From Spironucleus salmonicida (lineage: Eukaryota), in contig NC_090599.1 of the NCBI RefSeq assembly GCF_000497125.1, positions 682,001 to 746,000 of the forward strand: DNA of 64,000 nt, in the 5' to 3' direction. The position numbers and the translations under genes are program-made. The notes under the pieces are model-generated. The model was not told the DNA's origin, ran no database searches, and worked only from the letters and a program-made list of their open reading frames with translations. Below are positions 51,470 through 60,723 of this stretch, piece after piece. The stretch's first letter is position 1. Each line of letters starts with the position of its first letter.

Positions 51470-52075
51470 ATGAAGACATGAATTTTACATAAATACATTA
51501 TTTTTACGAAGAGTTATGTTAAGATGGTTTTAACCTAACTGAAAATATAATAAAATCATTTAAAAGTCATATGGTCCAAAAATTAGACTTTAAACAAATT
51601 AAGATTTCACGGAAGCATTTATAATAAAAATAATTTAGTATTTACTGTATTATATAAAGTTAAAAATAAACAAGAAATTATAACTGCATAATATATGTAT
51701 AAAACACTTTAACCTTAGTGGCTGTGAACTCTAGTAAATTTTTCAATATTTTTACTAATTAATATTTTGTTCCTATAGCATTTTAAGAAATTCTTTATAA
51801 CAAGTGTGTACAATAAAATTATATATAAATCCTTATAATTAGTTCATTAATATACAAACTATAAATAGAGTAAACTTTCCTATTAAATCTTTATGCAAAG
51901 ATTATATAAAGTAAGTGAATAAAGACATACAGGTTTAATATACAATTTTATTATTTTCATTCAAAAAATTTATTATGAAGCTCACTATATATAGTAAATA
52001 TATGAAAATATTACGTTATTTGTAGAATAATCTTGTTAGTTTTGCAATATTTTATCGTAAGAAGTAAATTTAAAA

Positions 52076-52468
52076 ATGGGCATATAGGTATCTAAACTAG
52101 AAAATAACGTAGTAAATCAGCTGAGATAATAGTAGCCCCTATTAACTTATGATATTTCCAGCCTATAACCCAATATAGAGAATTAGTAGCCATAATTTTC
52201 TTTTATTCGCCAACCTATATATAATAATAGTACATCTTTCTAAAATCAAAGTGAAAGTAAGCTACCTAATGGGTTTAAGCTAATTAGTCCTCGTAACAAG
52301 TAATGGTTACTGAATAATAACAGTGCTGGTTCAGAAAAAGTGTCTTACTATACTTTCATCGAAACCGAGACAGAAGCTCGAAATTAGGAATTATATTAAA
52401 GTGCGGATAGACTCAGCCGGATATTAACATTAATATGCGATAATAACAATGGCTAGATTATTTAATGA
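52076..52468 (+). CDS. 'MGxxxS[KR]LExxVxxQL' family small protein, 130 aa
   Basis: MGIQVSKLENNVVNQLRQQQP...ADRLSRILTLI. Confidence 0.7.
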
Positions 52469-52575
52469 TTTTTTATTCTAGCCTTCTAACATGAGATATA
52501 TATTATGAGAAAATTATATATAAAATAAAATCCATCTAATATCTACAGTATTAAAAAAATACTACGAAAACAAAA

Positions 52576-53391
52576 ATGAGAGCGTATAAATTCTGCTGGA
52601 AATCACCTGCTATTTACATTCCAACTATCGTGACAATAGTAATAGCTTTACTTATGTTACTGTTTGCATCTGCTCTCACCGAAATAGATTATTAACTGGC
52701 CCTCATGATAAAAGCATAGAGCATCGAAGCAACTGGTATATTCCACTTTATGAACGTCTATTTCTACCTTATGGCCGTTTTTCCGCTTATTTTGCTTACT
52801 GGACTCGCTATTTTCATTGTATTTTTCAAAATGCCGAAGTAGATAAAATGGGCCTTTGTCACCCAACAAGCAGTTTCTTTTATGGCATATGTTGGAGTTT
52901 CGTTTATTATCATGCAATCGTTAAAAGCTACTATAAACCGTCCCAGACCATATTAGGTTTAAATATTCTCGAACACCACATCGCACACGTGCTTCGTCGA
53001 TTTCCTGCCCTTTGGGCACTACAATAGCAACAAAACGAGTGGCTGCGACTTCAAAATGCACTCCTGCCCTTCAGGACACACTTTTACGACCACTGTATTT
53101 TTGAGCAGTAATCTGCTCATCTTGAGGTCTTCTTATAGGGAGCTGCTACGTTTCCGGCAATTCGAGAAAGCGATAAAAATCATATTTCCGGTGCTCACCG
53201 TTTTTGCTGTGCTGCTCCTCGTGCTAATTCCGGTCGTCATGATCGCCAGGATCCAGGCGTCAGCGCACTTCTTTTCCGACGTTTCCTTAGGGTTCGTGCT
53301 CACTTTTGCGCTGGGCGGCGTCTGGGACGTTCTGGAGGTTCAGTATGATAGGGAGGCGGAGGGTAACGCGGTAAATTCGATAACGTTCTGA
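52576..53391 (+). CDS. PAP2-superfamily membrane phosphatase, 271 aa
   Basis: C1 KATINRPRP, C2 PSGH, C3 ARIQASAHFFSDV; TM helices. Confidence 0.93.
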
Positions 53392-54496
53392 CTGAGATAC
53401 TAAATTTAATTTTTTTTGGAAGGTTTGAAGTTTTAAAAATATATAATAATAATATTAATTTTAAATTTGGGAAGGGTAAAAATATAAATTTGATAATAAT
53501 ATATAATAATTATGTTTGGATAGGGTTATTAGTGATCGAGGAAGGGAAAGCTATTAGATAATAAAGCACAGGTAGAGTGGTTTATCATAGAGGTTTGAAT
53601 GATTTTTTATGCAGTTAAACACGCAATTTCAGTAAAGTTAAGATGCCTTGCGTCAATGTAGGGGGGCTCTAACTATTAAAGGAAAGACGCAGCAAATTAC
53701 TAGTGTAGTATATTCTAAATATACCTAGTGGATTAGTTGATCGTGTGTTTGTGCATTAATCATCCCAAATGCGCCACTACTCAAATGCCGTCGCGAGGCC
53801 CTAGGATGGAGTGGTCATCCCCGTATCTGTGCAGGAATACCCGCAGCCATAAACGCTCTAACTTAGGAGAGAATGCCAGTTGTGTTGGGCCGCACTCCCA
53901 CGAATGCGTTTCTGCCTATAAATTTCGTGACTTTGAGCCGGCTAGGTGCGCTGGACTGAGGGTGCACCGGTGTAATTAGTAGTGCGTATGGGTATTGCGA
54001 CTTTTTGGATCCTCACCCTTACTGCTCCTTTTTACGGTCCAGGGTCAGCTTGCATTACCCATACATGGCGCTGCTAGGAAAGGAAATTCCAGCAGGTGTG
54101 GTGCATTTGGACAGGCTCTTGCAAGCTCTGGACCTGGCCCACGTACTTCGGAGAAATTGCACATTACGGAGGCTTGGCGAGTCTTGCTCAGGACATTGTA
54201 TCCTGGACACCCCAGAATGCTGCCAAGGTCAGCGTGTATGCAATCTGCAGCATGGAGGCAGATGCAAGAGTACTGCCTGCAATGGAGCTACTGGCCTTAC
54301 TGTGGTAGATGGCCATGCGCAGGTATCCCATGCCCTCCAGGACCACCAACGTAGCCTCATGTTAGCGCCCATTCCCAATATCCTGCCGCAGCGCATCCGT
54401 AGATCGGCCTTTGCACTTCTCTCAACAAATAGTTGCAAGTCAGGAATTCGCATCCACCCCACTCATCTCTATAGGCGTCCACAGTGATAACTTCGC

Positions 54497-55063
54497 TCAG
54501 ACCCCGACCAGCTGCCTGGCACTGGTGACCTCGCTAGCGGCCCGGACCGTGCCCTCCTACTCCACGAGCAGCACGCCCCCGACGACGTCCACCACGGTCC
54601 CGATCGTGAAGGCGCGGCCCAGCATCCCGCAGAGCGCGCGGTACTCTCCGTCGCGGACGCCCAGGGCCTCCCGGTACACGCGCTCGGCCAGGTCCCGGGG
54701 GCCGGCGTCCCAGCGGGCGGTCGCAAAGTCGGGGACGGGGACCAGGTTGACCCCCAGCCCGACGTAGCCCACGCCGCCCGCCTGGTGCTCCAGGACGCCG
54801 CCGCACTTCCCGCCTGGCAGGAGCAGGTCGTTGGGCCACTTGAGTGCGGCGCCCAGCAGCCGGGCCGCGGCGACCGCGACGTGCGTGAGGTCGAAGCGCC
54901 GCGTGACGAAGGTGCAGTGCAGGCTGCCGGGGGTGGACTGCCAGGGCCCGGTGCGGCCGACGCCGGCGGTTTGCCGGAGGGCCAGCACGACGGTCTCGGG
55001 CGGGTGGGCAAGCGCCTCGTCCATGGTGGAGGCGAGCTCCGCGAAGACGCGCAGGCGGGGCAT
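54497..55063 (-). CDS. Biotin protein ligase (BirA/BPL catalytic domain), 188 aa (IR4 copy A)
   Basis: STMDEA, QTAGVGR, WQSTPGSL, KWPNDL, KCGGVL, GLGVNL. Confidence 0.9.
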
Positions 55064-55156
55064 TCTGGGCGTAGCGCGTAGGGCCGGGTGGGGTTATTAT
55101 GTGGCGAATTGCATATAATATCCGAATGGGATTTCATTTTTCACCTCCCCTGCACC
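55064..55156. promoter_or_regulatory. 93-bp bidirectional promoter region BPL/RPL18a (mirror 60064..60156)
   Basis: Head-to-head ATGs; AT-rich core with a C-rich tract before each start. Confidence 0.6.
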
Positions 55157-55672
55157 ATGAACCAGTACGAAATCTGCGGCAGACAGCTCAAGAACGCCCC
55201 CGTTGACGCCCCCGTCTTCAAGATGACCATCTTCGCCACCAACGACATCATCGCCGAGTCCCGCTTCTGGTACTTCCTCAACTCCCTCCAGCGCATCAAG
55301 AAGTCCAACGGCCAGCTCGTCTCCATCAAGAAGGTCACCGAGGACGACTCCACCGTCCGCACCTACGGCATCACCATCCGTTACCGCACCCAGGTCGGTC
55401 ACCAGAACCAGTACCGCGAAATCCGCGAGACCACCGCCGCCCGCGCCATGGAGAAGCTCTTCTCCGTCATGGCCGGCCAGTACCACATCCGCTATCAGGA
55501 CGTGCAGATCATCAAGTTCGACATCGTCAAGAACGAAGACGTTCGCAGACCCATCGTCATGGACGTCATCCCCGGCGACCACAACGGCAACAAGGTAGAG
55601 TTCCCCCACTACTTCCCCGTTTCCACCTGCGTTCGCGCTTCCCGCAAGGCTATCTTTGTCGCCAAGCACTGA
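55157..55672 (+). CDS. RPL18A: 60S ribosomal protein eL20/L18a, 171 aa (IR4 copy A)
   Basis: FKMTIFATNDIIAESRFWYFL, KKSNGQLV, HQNQYREIRE; highly biased codons, no TAR codons. Confidence 0.96.
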   Translation: MNQYEICGRQLKNAPVDAPVFKMTIFATNDIIAESRFWYFLNSLQRIKKSNGQLVSIKKVTEDDSTVRTYGITIRYRTQVGHQNQYREIRETTAARAMEKLFSVMAGQYHIRYQDVQIIKFDIVKNEDVRRPIVMDVIPGDHNGNKVEFPHYFPVSTCVRASRKAIFVAKH

Positions 55673-55704
55673 TTAAATTATCTCACTTCTCCGTATATAT
55701 CGTA

Positions 55705-56826
55705 TCACACTTGTTCACGCACAACTCTGATTCCACAAACTTCCCAAACATTCGACTCCTAGTGAGGGACACCATCCATTCGGCATATCTTATCCAGCAC
55801 CTCACCCTGCCGAATTGCATGAGGAATTTCTAGTAAAATGCATTATCCAATATTTGTTCTAATACAAATTTTATTTTCGTTATATAAACTTATAGAAATC
55901 GGTCTACCGTCAAACTATTATTGAAATTTTGGCCAAAGTTCGACTGAATTTTCTATTTTATAACACCAAACTCTACCATTTAGCTCAGCTAGTATAACCA
56001 TCCCATCTAATAATACGCATTTTCTTCGATTTTTAACTAATTTATCTTCAAATGGAATTTACTCTTAGTTTTTAGTGTTCAAATTATAAAGTAGGCCATG
56101 TTCAGTAACAACAATAGGAAATTTAATTTGATCTATAGATACTAAATCAATTGAATGTATAGCTTTAATTATTAATTTATTTATATCTATTTCATATACA
56201 TCACCATTTTCTGTACCTAAGAATAAAGATTAGTCATTAATATCCCATGTTGTAATAAATTCTACTAATTTAATACTTTATAATTCATGAACATTTTCAT
56301 AAATAGTAGTCTCACATATGTTATCACTTTAAGTAATGGCTATGAATTTATTTTGATGTTCAAAACAGAATACTAGATTTTTAATTTTTAATTCTGATTA
56401 TTATTGTGTCTATTCTTATAAATTTTCTATATTCTCTAATATCTCATTACCTAATATTTTAACAAGTTTCCTAATGTTAATATTTTTCACTAAAGGTAGA
56501 AGTGCATTTACTTGATTTTCGGATAATTCATTTAACAATTTATCAGTCATTAAAATTTCATCCTTTTTAGAGTAAGTGTTACTATTCATTACCCTCCTAA
56601 TATCTCTTATTTCATCATTTTCAGGTAATGCAGAAGTTGTCAAAATCGATTATAACAAATCTTCACAGTTTTGTGCAATTTACGATTGTTCAAGTTCATT
56701 GACATTGTATGGTTTTTCAATAGCAGAAAATGTCAACAATTTTTGATCATCCGATTATTAAGATCTGCGTTATAAGAATTCTTATTTCTTTTAATCAAAT
56801 GATTTAGAAGAGTTTGAATCTTACAT
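55705..56826 (-). CDS. Hypothetical protein, 373 aa, possibly WD40-like C-terminal half; last ~39 codons lie in the IR4 arm
   Basis: Open frame from ATG 56826 to TGA 55705; LFLGTENGDVYEI, ILAELNGRVWCY. Confidence 0.7.
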
Positions 56827-57603
56827 TATAAAAAGTTGCAACTATTTATATAATAATATAAAATGTAAATCTATCCTAACTCTAGTAATCGTCTATGAAA
56901 TAAAATATAGTCAAATAACAAATATACTCAGTATTATAGAAATAGATACTATTTATTGAATCATATACTCTTATCTGTTAAGTCGAAGTATTAAAATAAA
57001 ATTATATAGTTATATAGGTAATTAACTTACTACCTTTATTTAACGTGGGCTCTAAGATTGTATTTAACATTTAAGAAAAATAATAAAATTGTGACAAGCT
57101 TACTGGTTGCGTTTATATTAGCGTATTGTATAAATGTCGAATAAAATGATATTGATAGAAGACTATATTAAGATACTCTTAATATTATACCTATATGTCC
57201 TATATAAATTAATTTTTTAGAGTACTATCACATTTTTTTGTTTTTGTTATTTATTATAGTCTATAGAATTCCATGAATTAAACCATGATTACTTTCAACT
57301 GAATCCTGATTTTAATTTCCTCACAACAAATCAAGGTTAAATATATATATAATAAATTAGGCCTTTCTTTAATCTCGTCTACTATTCGTCTATTTTATAT
57401 TTAAACAGAACCTGTTAAGATTGATAAAAATTAACAATTAATATTTTAAAGTGTATGTATTTTGTTTTTACGGCCATATTAGCACTAAAATATGATGTAA
57501 ATAGGCATAAATTAATCTTTTAGTATTCATAGAGATTAACTTAATAAGATTTGTGCAAAATTTAAACTAGAAAAAAATACTAATATAATTTCATAATCAT
57601 CAC

Positions 57604-57825
57604 TCAATAAGACGGTGCAATAATTGGATTAGACTACATAGCAAATGTGCAAAACCAAAATAGCCAGAAGCAGCAAACTGTACCTATAACAGTGACTAAA
57701 ATTGTTGATAGATGTGTTTTATTCTTGAAGAAGCAAGGTATAACGCATAATACTATCCCTACTAATACAAAAACACCCGTGGTTATGCCAAAAAGGGATG
57801 CATCAATACGAAATTCCTAGGTCAT
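57604..57825 (-). CDS. V-ATPase V0 subunit e (Vma9/ATP6V0E-like), 73 aa
   Basis: Two TM helices; TVCCFWLFWFCTFAMQSNPIIAP matches the CCxLxWxxTxxxQxNP motif, with the conserved Q encoded by TAG. Confidence 0.88.
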
Positions 57826-57878
57826 TTATTTGATTAGATTGGAATGAAAAATAGTATATTTAATATTTAATATTAAAA

Positions 57879-59063
57879 TCATTATGTAAACGCTAACATG
57901 CATGTTATATTATCAGTGCTTCCTAACCAATAGGCCATTTTTACTAGAACTTAACACATTCTTTTTTCTAGTGGGGCCTTTGGATCAATATCACACACGT
58001 TATGACCTCTATCTGGTGGTAGTCCTGTTAATTTTTTAATTCCTAAGTCACCACTTCGTGCATTTCCAGAACAATAATTTATAGCTATTTCAGATAAATC
58101 TTTATTCTCACCTTATTTAGCCTATGTGAGACCACTTTTCATTGACTTGACCAATATATCTACTTAGTCGTTTGAAAATATATTAAATAATCCATCGCAA
58201 GCAATTAAAATATAGCTAATCTCATCTAGAGGATAAACATTAACATCAGGTTCACAAATAACACCAAACTATTTTAATACATTATCACCAACTGCTCTAC
58301 TTAAACTTAGAACTCCTTATACTCTAGAAATACCAAATTCCCGACTAATAAATACACCTCTTATTTTCTTAAGACGCTCAATTTCGCTTTTTTAATCTGG
58401 TGAGTGATCTTCTGTTGCAATAATACTTTAACTTTTCATGCCTAAAATAACACGGGAATCCCCAACATGATTAACATACACTTATTATTCATGAATAATA
58501 ACACATGAAAGAGTACTACCTTATTCGTCTAAAGACCTGTTGGAACACACTTTTGACTCCAAAAATTGAATTGACTATCTGATAGAATCTTCTACGTTTC
58601 CTTAACTCATAATAGAAGTAAAAACTAAGCTTGGGTATATTTATGCTGCTATTTTAGATACTCTAGCCCCACCATGTCCATCAAAAATGGCAGCAACTTA
58701 AATATTATTTTATGTTTACACTACTTCAGCATCTTCATTCGAGTACCTTCTACCTTATATTGACTCAAAATGAAAATCCAATATATCTTTTTGATCCACT
58801 ATGGCTGGTTACTATTATTTTACCTATAACCTTGAAGCTGACCTTGGTTTTTACTATGAAGAAACAGTTTGAGAAGATAAATAGGGAGATTTTGTGGTGT
58901 ATGCTGATTAAATTGTTGAACGTGTACCATTAATTAACACTGCACGTTTGGGAGGATAATTTGTAAACGATGTTGGTACTGGTATATTAAAAATGCCAGT
59001 TTTATTTAAAGGTGGTAGATTAGAAGCTGTTCGCGCTTGTGTAATGTTGCGGGAATGTTGCAT
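57879..59063 (-). CDS. Protein phosphatase 2C (PPM), 394 aa
   Basis: QGRRYSNEDA, IFDGHGG, GST, HVGDSR, DHSP, LSLSRAVGD, ACDGL, GSTDNIT. Confidence 0.95.
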
Positions 59064-59396
59064 TTTTTAGAAATATTTCTAAATTATTATATCAATTATC
59101 ATAATAGTATCAATTATTTCTTTAATATTGTATATATAGGAAACATGTTATTGTCAAGTCTAAATAGTATCACCTACTGAAATATAATAAGTCTGTTAAT
59201 ACTTAATATATGTATAACAAGAACTAAATTTCCATCAACACTGATAGAAAACTAAAATAACCTAAATCTACGTATTCCTAAAATAACTTTTTAAAATTTC
59301 TATATATATATTACTATACAGTCAGTCTTAATAAAATTAATTATCTAAAAAAGCAATAATAAATTTCTAAATAAAATAATACGTTTGAAGTAGTTA

Positions 59397-59515
59397 CTCA
59401 TGCAATTCGGCAGGGTGAGGTGCTGGATAAGATATGCCGAATGGATGGTGTCCCTCACTAGGAGTCGAATGTTTGGGAAGTTTGTGGAATCAGAGTTGTG
59501 CGTGAACAAGTGTGA
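59397..59515 (+). pseudogene. Orphan 3' fragment of gene 55705..56826
   Basis: Arm border falls inside the CDS; no matching upstream part here. Confidence 0.6.
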
Positions 59516-59547
59516 TACGATATATACGGAGAAGTGAGATAATTTAA

Positions 59548-60063
59548 TCAGTGCTTGGCGACAAAGATAGCCTTGCGGGAAGCGCGAACGCAGGTGGAAA
59601 CGGGGAAGTAGTGGGGGAACTCTACCTTGTTGCCGTTGTGGTCGCCGGGGATGACGTCCATGACGATGGGTCTGCGAACGTCTTCGTTCTTGACGATGTC
59701 GAACTTGATGATCTGCACGTCCTGATAGCGGATGTGGTACTGGCCGGCCATGACGGAGAAGAGCTTCTCCATGGCGCGGGCGGCGGTGGTCTCGCGGATT
59801 TCGCGGTACTGGTTCTGGTGACCGACCTGGGTGCGGTAACGGATGGTGATGCCGTAGGTGCGGACGGTGGAGTCGTCCTCGGTGACCTTCTTGATGGAGA
59901 CGAGCTGGCCGTTGGACTTCTTGATGCGCTGGAGGGAGTTGAGGAAGTACCAGAAGCGGGACTCGGCGATGATGTCGTTGGTGGCGAAGATGGTCATCTT
60001 GAAGACGGGGGCGTCAACGGGGGCGTTCTTGAGCTGTCTGCCGCAGATTTCGTACTGGTTCAT
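59548..60063 (-). CDS. RPL18A: eL20/L18a (IR4 copy B)
   Basis: Mirror of 55157..55672. Confidence 0.96.
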   Translation of the reverse strand: MNQYEICGRQLKNAPVDAPVFKMTIFATNDIIAESRFWYFLNSLQRIKKSNGQLVSIKKVTEDDSTVRTYGITIRYRTQVGHQNQYREIRETTAARAMEKLFSVMAGQYHIRYQDVQIIKFDIVKNEDVRRPIVMDVIPGDHNGNKVEFPHYFPVSTCVRASRKAIFVAKH

Positions 60064-60156
60064 GGTGCAGGGGAGGTGAAAAATGAAATCCCATTCGGAT
60101 ATTATATGCAATTCGCCACATAATAACCCCACCCGGCCCTACGCGCTACGCCCAGA

Positions 60157-60723
60157 ATGCCCCGCCTGCGCGTCTTCGCGGAGCTCGCCTCCACCATGGA
60201 CGAGGCGCTTGCCCACCCGCCCGAGACCGTCGTGCTGGCCCTCCGGCAAACCGCCGGCGTCGGCCGCACCGGGCCCTGGCAGTCCACCCCCGGCAGCCTG
60301 CACTGCACCTTCGTCACGCGGCGCTTCGACCTCACGCACGTCGCGGTCGCCGCGGCCCGGCTGCTGGGCGCCGCACTCAAGTGGCCCAACGACCTGCTCC
60401 TGCCAGGCGGGAAGTGCGGCGGCGTCCTGGAGCACCAGGCGGGCGGCGTGGGCTACGTCGGGCTGGGGGTCAACCTGGTCCCCGTCCCCGGCTTTGCGAC
60501 CGCCCGCTGGGACGCCGGCCCCCGGGACCTGGCCGAGCGCGTGTACCGGGAGGCCCTGGGCGTCCGCGACGGAGAGTACCGCGCGCTCTGCGGGATGCTG
60601 GGCCGCGCCTTCACGATCGGGACCGTGGTGGACGTCGTCGGGGGCGTGCTGCTCGTGGAGTAGGAGGGCACGGTCCGGGCCGCTAGCGAGGTCACCAGTG
60701 CCAGGCAGCTGGTCGGGGTCTGA
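60157..60723 (+). CDS. Biotin protein ligase (IR4 copy B; one D->G change)
   Basis: Mirror of 54497..55063; reads through TAG 60661. Confidence 0.9.

Larger units (their letters stand above)
53760..55823. repeat. Inverted repeat IR4, left arm (2064 bp)
   Basis: Reverse complement of 59397..61460 (sum 115220). One mismatch seen (54729/60491). Confidence 0.97.
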
